DNA of 64,000 bases, taken from a virus. The DNA is taken from the IMG/VR virus record IMGVR_UViG_3300043419_002186, positions 21,792 through 85,791 of that record; one strand, 5' to 3'. Below are positions 18,151 to 27,288 of this stretch, piece by piece. Position 1 is the stretch's first letter. Each line of letters begins with the position of its first letter. The notes under the pieces are model-generated. The model made no database searches. It saw only the letters and a program-made list of their open reading frames with translations, and was not told the origin of the DNA. Position numbers and translations under genes: made by a program.

Positions 18151-19143
18151 CTACTTGTAGAGGCGCGTGGGGTTGTCGATGTGCGTCTTCTCGACCACCT
18201 TCTTCAGCACCACCTCGTTGTCCTTGCCCAGCGAGCGGATGCCCCACACGAACTCGATGACGGCACCCTTCGGCTTCTGCCTCGCGACGAGGTACTCGGG
18301 GACACCGTTCGCGTTCGGGCGGACAGCGAGGACGAGTGTCTCCTCCCCGAAGAGGCCCGCGAGCCCGGGCTTGCCCACCTTGAAGTACCAGTGGGGCGTG
18401 ACGTTGAAGGTCAGTTCGAGGGGCCGCTTCGAGCCTGTGCCCTTGCGCTCCCAGTACAGCGAGGGCACGGTGACTGCGCACTTCCCGCGCTTGGCCCGCT
18501 CAGCCGCCTCGTCGTTGTCGATGCGGAAGTCGTTCGCACGGGTCCCACATCGTGCGTAGGTAATGCCCGACTTCGGGGAGCGGTCACCTTTGCCCGCGGG
18601 GGCTCGGAAGCGGGCCTGTGTGAAGGCCTCCTTCGCGCAGGTCATCATCTGCTCGTACAGGCGCAGACGCACCTTTGACTCGGGGTCCATGCCCAGCGGC
18701 GTCGGCTTCGCTTCCTTCGCGGCCTTCCTGCGCTCCTCGGCGGCCTTGCCACGTGCCGCGATGAAGGGGTTCATCGCTTGCTCGCACGCACGCCTCGCGC
18801 CCAGCGGAAGCGCGCCTCCCGCGAGCTTCTCCAGCCGCTGCAGGACCTCGCTCATGTAGCTGTAGCTGAAGCTGCCACCCGTGGCCTCGACCTCCTTCTT
18901 CGTCTTGCCGTTGATGTCGCGGTTGATCCACTTGACCGCGAACCACTTGAGAGCCTCGACGTCGCGGACGGGGACACCCGCGGCCTCCCACATGAGCCAG
19001 CGCTGCTGCAGCGAGTGAAGCTCGGCGCGACCCGCACGTGTCGTCGCCTCGGGGAGCGCGACCTCGGGGGGCGTGTAGGTGGGCAGGTACATCGTCGGCC
19101 GTGAGAAGAGCGAGAGGTCGAACGTCAGTCGTGTCTTCGTCAT
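18151..19143 (-). CDS. Hypothetical protein
   Basis: 330 aa, AAAGGA RBS, typical codon usage. Confidence 0.7.
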   Translation of the reverse strand: MTKTRLTFDLSLFSRPTMYLPTYTPPEVALPEATTRAGRAELHSLQQRWLMWEAAGVPVRDVEALKWFAVKWINRDINGKTKKEVEATGGSFSYSYMSEVLQRLEKLAGGALPLGARRACEQAMNPFIAARGKAAEERRKAAKEAKPTPLGMDPESKVRLRLYEQMMTCAKEAFTQARFRAPAGKGDRSPKSGITYARCGTRANDFRIDNDEAAERAKRGKCAVTVPSLYWERKGTGSKRPLELTFNVTPHWYFKVGKPGLAGLFGEETLVLAVRPNANGVPEYLVARQKPKGAVIEFVWGIRSLGKDNEVVLKKVVEKTHIDNPTRLYK

Positions 19144-19187
19144 GTTGCGTCCTTTCCGCCCCGTGGGGCCTTGACGAATCGATTCGT

Positions 19188-19769
19188 TTACTTGCCGTAG
19201 TTGAGGATGCCGTTCAGTTCACCCTCGACGTCGTTGAGCCCCGCGTAGCGAGCCGCGAAGCAGCGGGCGAGCTGCTCCATCGTCACGGGAGACGTGCCCG
19301 TGTCGAGGCTCGCGTAGCCCCCCGTCTTGTAGGTAAGCGGAGGCACGGAGAGCTTCTTCTTGACGCCGAAGATGCGGTCGCCTCCGACGGCGGTCCTGAT
19401 GAAGCCGCCCGAAAACTCGGCGTAGCAGATGCCATCGTGTGCGAGGAAGACGAGCACGTGCGGCGCGTAGTCGGGGATCGTCGCGTGGTCAGCCCACAGT
19501 TCCCCCTCCTCGCCCTCGATGCCGAAGGGGACGAGGCGCCCGTAGTAGGTGTCGCACTCGTCGGTGCTCTTCAGCGACCTCACACGCCCCTTCTCACCCA
19601 GCGCGGCGTTGTCGGTGAAGTTGATGGCGAGGCCCACGCGGTTGAGGGCCTCGACGAGTTCCTGCACCGCGCCCGCGATGAGGTGGTTCTTGTCCTCGCG
19701 GTTCTGCTCGATCTGCGCCTTGGTGGCTCGGGCCTTGGCGAAGGCCTCGGTGAATGCGTTGCTGCCCAT
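19188..19769 (-). CDS. Hypothetical protein
   Basis: 193 aa, GGAAGG RBS. Confidence 0.7.
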   Translation of the reverse strand: MGSNAFTEAFAKARATKAQIEQNREDKNHLIAGAVQELVEALNRVGLAINFTDNAALGEKGRVRSLKSTDECDTYYGRLVPFGIEGEEGELWADHATIPDYAPHVLVFLAHDGICYAEFSGGFIRTAVGGDRIFGVKKKLSVPPLTYKTGGYASLDTGTSPVTMEQLARCFAARYAGLNDVEGELNGILNYGK

Positions 19770-19922
19770 GACTCTGCCCTTCCTGCCCCGTAGGGCTTGG
19801 CCGCTCAGGGCCCTGTTGGTGAATCGATTCGGGAGTCTTTCCCTCCTGCCGAAGGGCAGCGCGGTGAGTGCGCGCTACCCCTCCGCGGGAGGGGGCGAGA
19901 CCGAAGCCCCGCCCCACCCGTC

Positions 19923-20810
19923 CTACGCCTCGCTCGCGTCCTTCGCCTGTTGCGCGAGGCTCGCGGCGCGGGTCGCGGCCATCTGTGCGTCGTACATCTT
20001 CTGCCGCAGCGCTTCGAGCGAGCCACCCAGTGCCGACTCCCACACCGTGATCTGCTCCGCGACGTTCGCGACGGCCTCTGCCTGATTCGTGAGCCCCTTC
20101 GGGCCCGTCTTGCCCGCCTCGATCTTCTCGTAGGTCTCGTTGACGATGGCGTCCACCTTCGCGAGCGCCGTCGAGATGACCGACTGCAGGGTCCTCTCGT
20201 CACCCGTGACCGTGAAGGGGCGCGTCGTCACGCCGCCTCGCACCGCTTCGAGCGCGTCGGTGAGGGCGAACCACGTGGCGACCGACGACTGCGGGAGCCA
20301 GTAGGCGCCGCCTCCGTCGCGGATGCGGGTGCCCGCGAGGTTCTGCTGCGCCACCGTGGCGAGCGCCTCGGAGACGGCCGCGCCCTCGACCCGCTTGCGC
20401 GCCGCCTCGGTCGCCTCGACAAGCTCCAAGGCGAGGTGCGCGTCGTCGCATCGGACGACCTCGCCGCCGCTCGCGTTCTTCTCGACCCACGCCGACACCA
20501 CGTGGACGTGCTTGTTCGAGAGCCCGTCGTCCGCGGCGACCTCGTCCACCACCTCGTAGCCTCGGGGCGTCGGGGCCACGCGCCGGTTCTTCTTCGAGTA
20601 CTGCGCCACCAGCGCGGCGCGCAGCGCGTCCTTCAGCGTCCGCTGCGCGGGCGCCAGCTTGCCGAGACCCACCTTCGCGAAGGCGTCACCGACACCCTGC
20701 AGGTCAGCCTCGCCCGCGGGGGACCACGTGACGATGATGCCGCAGCCCTCGACCGTCCCAAGTGCACGCCCCTCGACCACCACCGCTTCACCGTTCAGTG
20801 CCTGTGCCAT
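19923..20810 (-). CDS. DUF3150-like helical protein
   Basis: GGAGGAG RBS; IIVTWS and IRDGGGAYWLP motifs; lies next to the AAA/VWA pair. Confidence 0.55.
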   Translation of the reverse strand: MAQALNGEAVVVEGRALGTVEGCGIIVTWSPAGEADLQGVGDAFAKVGLGKLAPAQRTLKDALRAALVAQYSKKNRRVAPTPRGYEVVDEVAADDGLSNKHVHVVSAWVEKNASGGEVVRCDDAHLALELVEATEAARKRVEGAAVSEALATVAQQNLAGTRIRDGGGAYWLPQSSVATWFALTDALEAVRGGVTTRPFTVTGDERTLQSVISTALAKVDAIVNETYEKIEAGKTGPKGLTNQAEAVANVAEQITVWESALGGSLEALRQKMYDAQMAATRAASLAQQAKDASEA

Positions 20811-20893
20811 TGCTGTCTCCTCCGCCCCCGTAGGGGCATCGTGTCGGGCAACGAGCCGCCGCACCCCATGTGCGGCGACTCGCGCCCGTTCTT

Positions 20894-22441
20894 TCACTGC
20901 CCGTCGTCGAAGGCCTCGACCACGTCCCTCGCCCACGCGGGCGTCGGGGAGGACGACTTGCGGACGAGGACGACGACGACCTCGCCAGCACCCTGCGGCT
21001 TCGTCGCGGGCCACCCCGTGTCGCCGTCGGTGAGGACGAACGTCAAGTGAGGCTTCACCTTCGCGACCTGCGCCACGCCAGCGCCCATGTCGGTGCCGCC
21101 GCCGCCGACAAGCTGGTCTCGGATGTGCCCGACGACCTGCGACCCGTCCTTCAGCTTGACCGGCGTCGTCGGCCTCACGTCGCACGCGACCATGTAGGCC
21201 TCTTCGACGCCCCCCGCCTTGAGGATGCCGACGACCTCGCAGATGGAGTCGGTGATGCTCTTCGAGCCCATGGACCCCGACGTGTCGAAGACGAGGCCCA
21301 CGCGCACCTTCGGCTTGAAGAGCGAGGGGAGCACCATGCCGAAGTGCGCTCCCACGCGGCTCGGCTTCGTCATCGTGAAGTCGGTCGCGCCCTTCGCGAT
21401 GCCGATGCCGCGGCGGGTGATACTCGCGAGGCGGGCTCGCCAGTCCACCTTTGGCGGCTTGAGCACCTCTTCGGCCCACTGCTTGAGGCCCGCGGGCATG
21501 TCGCCTCGCCCCTGCTCCGCGTGCTTCTTGACCGCCTCCGCGGTCTGCTTTCGAATCGATTCGACCTCGTCGGGCGTGTAGCCGTTCGGCAGCGACTGCC
21601 CCGACGCCTTCGCGTCGTCGGCCAGCTTGTCGGTGTGCTCGGTGTCACCCGCGCAGCCGCCGCAGGAACGCTGCCCCGCGGGCTTCGGGGGCACGGGGAC
21701 CGGCTTCGAGCCGCCGCCCTGCCCGCTCTGCGGGGACTGCGCGCCGCCCTCGCCCTCGCCGTCGCCCTCGCCATCCTGCGGGTCGCCCTCGCCCTTCTCG
21801 CCCTGCCCGCTCTGCGGCTTGCTCTGCTGCTGCCCCTGCTGCGGCTTGCCCTGTCCACCCTGCTGCGGCTGCTGCGGAGGCGGCGGCTGCTGGGCCAGCT
21901 TCGCGATGACGGCGCGGTAGAGCGCGACGATGGACACCGTCTCCGCATTGCCGTCAATCGGGTCCACGTCAGCGTGCGTGAGCCCGTAGCGCTTGAGCAC
22001 ACTCTCGACGGTGACGAAGCCGCAGGTCTCGAAGTCGGCCTTCGTCTTGACGACGTGACCGAAGGGGCGCAGACGGCCGCCGCTCGCGATGATGACTTCG
22101 CGGAGGACGACGTTGCCGATGGCGTCGCCCAGTTCGTTCCACAGGCGACGGTGCTCGTCGGGGATGCACTGCGTGCGAGCCATGCCGAAGTGGTCGGGCA
22201 TGAGGTGGACGAGAATCTCATGCGCAATGTCCGCGGCCAGTTCCTCGGGCGCGATGGCCAGCGTGCGTGCCTCGTCGTGGAATATCTGCCGCTTCTCGTT
22301 CGCGGAGAAGCTCTTGCCGTAGTTCGGGACGTGGACGTACTGCAGAGCCTGAAGTTCCGGCTCGACGTACGGCATCGACTTGCGGATAAGCTGCCTTGCG
22401 ATGGCGAGTTGGTCGCCCACCGTCTTGCCCTTCATGGCCAT
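20894..22441 (-). CDS. Metallopeptidase-like + VWA domain protein (DUF2201-like)
   Basis: AHEILVH, Q/G-rich linker, CGGC, VDWR, MIDAS DTSGS, GGGGTD, LTDG. Confidence 0.85.
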   Translation of the reverse strand: MAMKGKTVGDQLAIARQLIRKSMPYVEPELQALQYVHVPNYGKSFSANEKRQIFHDEARTLAIAPEELAADIAHEILVHLMPDHFGMARTQCIPDEHRRLWNELGDAIGNVVLREVIIASGGRLRPFGHVVKTKADFETCGFVTVESVLKRYGLTHADVDPIDGNAETVSIVALYRAVIAKLAQQPPPPQQPQQGGQGKPQQGQQQSKPQSGQGEKGEGDPQDGEGDGEGEGGAQSPQSGQGGGSKPVPVPPKPAGQRSCGGCAGDTEHTDKLADDAKASGQSLPNGYTPDEVESIRKQTAEAVKKHAEQGRGDMPAGLKQWAEEVLKPPKVDWRARLASITRRGIGIAKGATDFTMTKPSRVGAHFGMVLPSLFKPKVRVGLVFDTSGSMGSKSITDSICEVVGILKAGGVEEAYMVACDVRPTTPVKLKDGSQVVGHIRDQLVGGGGTDMGAGVAQVAKVKPHLTFVLTDGDTGWPATKPQGAGEVVVVLVRKSSSPTPAWARDVVEAFDDGQ

Positions 22442-22474
22442 GTCGGACCTCCCGCCCCTTGGGGCGCTACCGTT

Positions 22475-22552
22475 GCGTGGGCTTGGGACCACGCTTGCGG
22501 GTTACACCGCGGAGTGAATCGATTCGGATTCACCCCGCGGCCCCTCACCGTT
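22475..22552 (-). ncRNA. Twister-like self-cleaving ribozyme, copy 1 (P5-type permutation)
   Basis: AA-CGGU-GAGGG-[P1 hairpin]-GUAA-CCC-GC...GCGUGG-UCCCAAGC-CCACGC. Confidence 0.75.
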
Positions 22553-22556
22553 CGAC

Positions 22557-23666
22557 CTACGCGACCGTCTGAACCCCGAAGAGCTTCAGGTTCGCCGCCG
22601 CCTCGTTCTTCGTGCTGGCGCGGGGGTTGCCGCTCTTCGAGGAGCGCCACACCTGCAGCGGGCTCGAAGCGCTCGTCGCGAAGTCGCCCTGCCCGACGTT
22701 CGCCGCGGAGAGGATGACGCCCCACGCTGCATCGACGAGGAACTCCCGCTCCTTCGCGTTCGCGGCGAGCCCGTTCACGGCCTCGATGGCGCAGCCCGCG
22801 ATGACGGGGTACACGTAGTCGGGGCGCGACGCGTCGGGCTTCCAGTCCACCGCGCCCGTGAGGACGTCGCGGGGCTTGGGCAGGTTCGCGCTCTTGACGT
22901 ACTCACGGAACGGACGCCCGTGGCCCTTGCCCACCGTGGCAGAGACCAGTTCGAGCCCCGACTCGGGGTCGCCGTCGCGCAGCGCAGCCGCGTAGAGGGC
23001 GCACGCGGCGTCCCACGCACGCGGGGACGGCCACGCGCCGCTGCGCTTGGACTCGTCCGCGGGGAATGCGAGCAGGGCCTTCTCCCCGAAGTGCGAGACG
23101 TAGCCGCCGACAAGCTGCGCGGCTCGCTTGTCGAAGTCGTCGCCGTTGACGCGGTCGGTCATGAGCCACGTGGCCCACTCGGTCGGGCTCGGCACGTCGG
23201 CTTCGAGGTGGACGAGCCGGTTCGCCGCCGCGGGGGGCAGTTCGTTGCCCGCGGTCGTCATCTGCACGGGGTTCGCGGCGAGGACGATGCGCACGTCGGG
23301 GTGCAGGGGCACGTCGCCCACGACGCGTTCGAGGACGACGCGCAGCAGGGCGGACCACGTCGCGGGGCTCGCGAGCGTCGCCTCGTCAATAAACAGGGTG
23401 CCACCCTTCGAGAGCGCGGAGACCATGGTCGGCGCGAGCCGCTTGGTCTCGCCTTCCTGCGGGAAGGGGATGCCGCAGTAGTCGGTGGGGTCGGAGAGGG
23501 CGGGCATCGAGACCCACAGCGGGACACTGTCGGCCTTGGCGCCCCAGTAGCTGCGGTGCAGCGCCTTCATCATGGCGCTCTTGCCGATGCCGGGGGCACC
23601 GACGACGAACGGGACACGGTTCGCCTTCATCGAGAGCAGCGCGAGCTTCATCCAGTGGGTGGCCAT
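22557..23666 (-). CDS. MoxR-like AAA+ ATPase
   Basis: GAPGIGKS, LFIDE, LAAN, NRLVH, SPRAW. Confidence 0.9.
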   Translation of the reverse strand: MATHWMKLALLSMKANRVPFVVGAPGIGKSAMMKALHRSYWGAKADSVPLWVSMPALSDPTDYCGIPFPQEGETKRLAPTMVSALSKGGTLFIDEATLASPATWSALLRVVLERVVGDVPLHPDVRIVLAANPVQMTTAGNELPPAAANRLVHLEADVPSPTEWATWLMTDRVNGDDFDKRAAQLVGGYVSHFGEKALLAFPADESKRSGAWPSPRAWDAACALYAAALRDGDPESGLELVSATVGKGHGRPFREYVKSANLPKPRDVLTGAVDWKPDASRPDYVYPVIAGCAIEAVNGLAANAKEREFLVDAAWGVILSAANVGQGDFATSASSPLQVWRSSKSGNPRASTKNEAAANLKLFGVQTVA

Positions 23667-23722
23667 CGTCTCTACCTTCCCGCCCCGTAGGGCGCGCACC
23701 GTGCGGCATGCACGGTGACCGT

Positions 23723-23794
23723 GACTGGACTTGGGACCAGTCGGTGCGGTTACGCCGCGGGGCGAATCGATTCACCCCGCGGTCCCTCACGCTT
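23723..23794 (-). ncRNA. Twister-like ribozyme, copy 2
   Basis: AA-GCGU-GAGGG-[P1]-GUAA-CCGC-AC...GACUGG-UCCCAAGU-CCAGUC. Confidence 0.75.
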
Positions 23795-23797
23795 CTC

Positions 23798-24283
23798 TCA
23801 CTCCCCCTGCTCGGGGTCGCCAAGCCCCGCCGCGAGCATGAGTTCGCGGACGACGACGGCGTAGCTGTTCTCCGAGTCCATCTGCCCCCACGCGTGCTGC
23901 AGCGACTCGGCCAGCATGCGCCAGTCTCGCCCCGTGAGCGTCACGCTGCGCGTCTGCGGCTGCGCGTCGAGGCGCCGCTGCTGCTCGGCGCGGGCCCTGT
24001 CCGCGGCCACCTCGGCGTGCCGCTTGTAGTGCGCGAGAATGCGGGCGACGAGGCTCTCGGTCTCCTTTATCCCGTGACGCTCTTCCCGATGAAGCAGCGA
24101 GTCGAGGTGGTCGTCGAAGGCGACCGCGTCGCAGAAGAGCAGGGTGACCTTGTCTTCGAGTTCGTCTCGCGCAGCGTCATCGAGCTTCGCCGCGGCTCGG
24201 ACCATGCGGCGGCCGATGAAGAGGGCACGGTTTATGATGCGGTCCTGCGTGTCGTTCGCGAGCGTGTGCTGCTGCGTGTCCAT
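23798..24283 (-). CDS. Hypothetical protein
   Basis: 161 aa, GGAAGG RBS. Confidence 0.65.
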   Translation of the reverse strand: MDTQQHTLANDTQDRIINRALFIGRRMVRAAAKLDDAARDELEDKVTLLFCDAVAFDDHLDSLLHREERHGIKETESLVARILAHYKRHAEVAADRARAEQQRRLDAQPQTRSVTLTGRDWRMLAESLQHAWGQMDSENSYAVVVRELMLAAGLGDPEQGE

Positions 24284-24333
24284 GTGCTGCCTTCCTGCCC
24301 CGAAGGGCCACCCGCCGACGCGGCGGGGACGAC

Positions 24334-24406
24334 GGACGGACTTGGGACCGTCCTGTGCGGTTACACCGCGGCGAACCGAATCGATTCACCACGGCCCCTC
24401 ACGCTT
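24334..24406 (-). ncRNA. Twister-like ribozyme, copy 3
   Basis: AA-GCGU-GAGGG-[P1]-GUAA-CCGC-AC...GGACGG-UCCCAAGU-CCGUCC. Confidence 0.75.
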
Positions 24407-24408
24407 GG

Positions 24409-24582
24409 TTATCGGTGCTGGCTCACGTACTCCGTCCACGCCGTGTCGAACCACTGGCGCTCTTCGGCCTGTCGGCGGGCACGCCGGATGCGGGCGCTGC
24501 GCGCTTCGTCGGCCCTCGCCCGCTTGTCGGCCTCACGGGAGGCGACGGTCTCGTACTGCGCGAACGTCCTGCAGCCCTTCAT
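24409..24582 (-). CDS. 57-aa Arg-rich microprotein (absent from ORF track)
   Basis: GAGAGG RBS plus the conserved leader hairpin, MKGCRTFAQYETV... Confidence 0.55.
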   Translation of the reverse strand: MKGCRTFAQYETVASREADKRARADEARSARIRRARRQAEERQWFDTAWTEYVSQHR

Positions 24583-24615
24583 GGCTTTCCTCTCTGCCCC
24601 TTGGGGCGGTGGTGG

Positions 24616-24846
24616 TTACGGGCCCCCGAAGTCCTCGCCTCGGGGTCCCCATGCGTCGTGACGGGCCGTGAATAGGTGCTGCTCAAAGGCCTCCAACAGG
24701 GCGCGCTGCGCGTCCGACAGGGGCTCGCCGCGCAGTGCCGCGGCGATGCCGTCGTGCAGGTCGCACGCCTCGCGCTCGTTGACGACAAGTTCGACTTCGA
24801 TGCACGGGGCCGTGTCGGTGCACGTGAGCAGGGTCTCGGGCTTCAT
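24616..24846 (-). CDS. Small hypothetical protein
   Basis: MKPETLL..., GAGAGG RBS. Confidence 0.6.
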   Translation of the reverse strand: MKPETLLTCTDTAPCIEVELVVNEREACDLHDGIAAALRGEPLSDAQRALLEAFEQHLFTARHDAWGPRGEDFGGP

Positions 24847-24874
24847 GGCTTGCCTCTCTGCCCCGTAGGGCGTG

Positions 24875-24943
24875 CGCACGGGCTTGGGACCGTGCATGCG
24901 GGTTACACCCCCACCCGTGCTGGCATGGGGGCCCCTCACCTTT
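24875..24943 (-). ncRNA. Twister-like ribozyme, copy 4
   Basis: AA-AGGU-GAGGG-[P1]-GUAA-CCC-GC...GCACGG-UCCCAAGC-CCGUGC. Confidence 0.75.
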
Positions 24944-24947
24944 CGAG

Positions 24948-26045
24948 CTAGGCGGCGGCGCTGTCCGCGGGGGCCGCGGCGAGGCCTTCGAGCGCGGCCT
25001 TGCCGAAGAGCGCCTCGAACGCCGCCTTCGTCGGGAAGGCGCCCGCGGGGGCCGCAAGGTCCTCACCCAGCACCCAGCGCATGGCGAACATGACGCCCTG
25101 CGCAAAGCCCGCGCTCTTCGCGTCCTCGGGCTTGGGGAAGGCCAGCGTCTGCGTGCGCGCCTTCGTGAGCATGGCGCGCAGGTCGGCCTCCGCGGGGCGC
25201 CCCTTCGCCGCCTTGCGGGGCGCAACCGTCGGGGCCTTGCCCGCCTCGGCCTCGGCCTCGGCGCGGATGGTCTTCAGCGCCTCGGTCGAGACCTTGACCT
25301 TCGTCTCGCCGGTCTCGGTCTTCACGACGCGGGCGTCGGCCTTGCGGGAGCCCGTCTTCGAGGACGTCTTCCCCGAAGGCGAGGCCTTCGCCTCTGCGAC
25401 GAGCGCTTCGACCTTGGCCGCGATGACGGGCTGCACTTCGGGGGCGGCGCGGGCCGCGATCTGCGCGGGGGCCATGTCGAGCGTGCCGTCGGTGACGAGG
25501 GCCTTCACCTCGGCCGTGGCCGACTTGTCGATGCCGAAGATGGAGACGACGGTGTCCTGCGGCTTGCCGAAGGCCTCCGCAATGTCGGGCAGCGTCATGC
25601 CAGCGGCGAGCATGCGCTTAGCGTTCGCCGTCTGCGCGGCGAGGTCGTCGTCGATACGGTGCGCGTTCGCCTTGACCTGCAGACGCAGCGCTTCGAGGCC
25701 CGTGGCCTTCGAGACGATGCAGGGGGCGAGGACGAGGCCCGCGGCGAGAGCGGCGCGCATGCGCTGCTTGCCGTTGATCACCTTGTAGCTCTTCGAGCCG
25801 TCGGCGCTCGGCGTCTCGGAGACGAGGAGCGACTGCAGGATGCCGTCGCGGCCGACGGACGTGACGAGGAACGGCGCGACAGGGGCTTCGATGCGCGGGT
25901 CGTAGTCCACCGCGGCGGTGTCGGTCTCGAACCACAGCTTCGAGAGCGGGAGCATGACGACCTCGCCGCTGGCGAGGCTCTCGACGGGGACTGCGGGCGA
26001 CTGCGTGACGGTCTCGGTGCTCTTCGTGCTCTTCTTCGTGGCCAT
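24948..26045 (-). CDS. ParB/Srx N-terminal domain protein with HTH
   Basis: SVGRDGILQSLLV, YKVINGKQRMRAA (GxRR variant), ANAHR, then an HTH-like segment. Confidence 0.8.
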   Translation of the reverse strand: MATKKSTKSTETVTQSPAVPVESLASGEVVMLPLSKLWFETDTAAVDYDPRIEAPVAPFLVTSVGRDGILQSLLVSETPSADGSKSYKVINGKQRMRAALAAGLVLAPCIVSKATGLEALRLQVKANAHRIDDDLAAQTANAKRMLAAGMTLPDIAEAFGKPQDTVVSIFGIDKSATAEVKALVTDGTLDMAPAQIAARAAPEVQPVIAAKVEALVAEAKASPSGKTSSKTGSRKADARVVKTETGETKVKVSTEALKTIRAEAEAEAGKAPTVAPRKAAKGRPAEADLRAMLTKARTQTLAFPKPEDAKSAGFAQGVMFAMRWVLGEDLAAPAGAFPTKAAFEALFGKAALEGLAAAPADSAAA

Positions 26046-27083
26046 GTGGCCCTGCGCTTTCTGCCCCGTGGGGCGGTGTGTGGCCGAATCGATTCGGCCG
26101 GTGTGTGTTGCCCGCTGTCGGGCCTTGCGAGCGGGTGGCGCGCTTGTCACCACCCGCTCGCAAGGTCCGGCGCACCCCGTCGGGGCGGTGCGTCGGGCCT
26201 TGCTTTTCGTGCCGCGTCCGTTCTTTTTGCATGAGTCACGGTGCGCTTGACTCTTCGATGCACGCCTTCCCCGTAGGGAACTTCCGACGTGCTTCTTACC
26301 CTATCCATTCAACCTACCGACGAACGAGACGCAATGGGCTTTTCGTAGAGGGCTTGATATGTGGAGCCTCCCGTAACTTCGAGCGTGACGTGACACTGCT
26401 GCGATGTAGGCGCGCCGACGAGGCAGCGCTTGACGTGCAGTGACAGGGGTTCACTTGGCGGGAGACGGACCATGCAGGGAACGTGGCCGTACGTTGCAGG
26501 GGGCACGGCAGAGGCATGGCGATGCGACGAGCGCGGGCATGCTTGACGTGCTTCCCAGCTACTGGGGACAGGGGTCACAACGCGCAGTGGAGCATGCGCT
26601 TCCCGCAAGCTGCAGCGGGTAACGTGACGTGTCCTTTTCGCGCTTCACCATTGCGACAGGGTCCTCTAGGGGACCCCGCGTGGAACTAGGCGAGAATGGG
26701 CAAGGGGTATTCTGTAGACGACCCGTCGGGGTGCTACTGGCAGCGGCGACGTTTCACGGGCAGGGGGCCATGCGCAGGGTGCGCGCTCCCCTGTAGAAGC
26801 GGGGGGCCGTGTAGGGTCAAGGGCATGCAGAGGGCGTGCGGCCACGGGGGCCTTTTCAGCCGTGCAGGGGCGTCTTTTCCCCTCGGAAACGTCGTCCGCG
26901 GCTTTCGCACGCAGGAACGACAGGGCGTCAGCTTGTCAAGGATCGGCGGGCTCTTCGAGCCCCCCTACATCGGGGCCGTCGGAGACCGCCCGCCCCCCCT
27001 TGCGGGGGGACCGCGCGCTGGGGGCACGCGGCGGGCGGGGCTCTTTCGCGTCGGGGGCTGAACCACATCCACCCGACACACTC

Positions 27084-27112
27084 ATAGTCGCACACACTGG
27101 GGCCGCATGCAA
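27084..27112 (-). promoter_or_regulatory. Putative sigma70-type promoter for the leftward early block
   Basis: TTGCAT-N17-GACTAT on the minus strand. Confidence 0.4.
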
Positions 27113-27172
27113 GCCCCGTCTCGCAATAACTGGAAAGGGCAAAAACCCTAGTGATTCCGGGTACTTAGGCCT

Positions 27173-27288
27173 GTTCTGACATCCTGGGTCTACCACGTGG
27201 ACCCTCTATGACAGAACTCCAGAGCCTTCCCTAGTTCTGTCATCAGGGGGCCAGGTGCCTTGAATCGATTCGGCCTTGTTCTGACAAT
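27173..27288. repeat. Cluster of four GTTCTG(T/A)CA sites, one inverted
   Basis: Copies at 27173, 27208 (inverted), 27234, 27278. Confidence 0.7.

Noticed and set aside
20870-22717. Long opposite-strand ORFs (e.g. 20870..22717+, 28527..30047+, 56985..58790-, 7509..8672-)
   Set aside because: These are high-GC antisense shadows of genes with recognisable motifs, with no domains or RBS of their own.
24596-24660. Possible fifth twister copy (CGUAACC plus leader hairpin)
   Set aside because: It lacks the UCCCAAG loop and GAGGG, and the UAA is the stop codon of the upstream ORF.
27208-27246. CUGAUGA on the minus strand, suggesting a hammerhead ribozyme
   Set aside because: The following stem is closed by UCAU rather than GAAA. 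It is simply the ATGACAGAACT...AGTTCTGTCAT inverted repeat.
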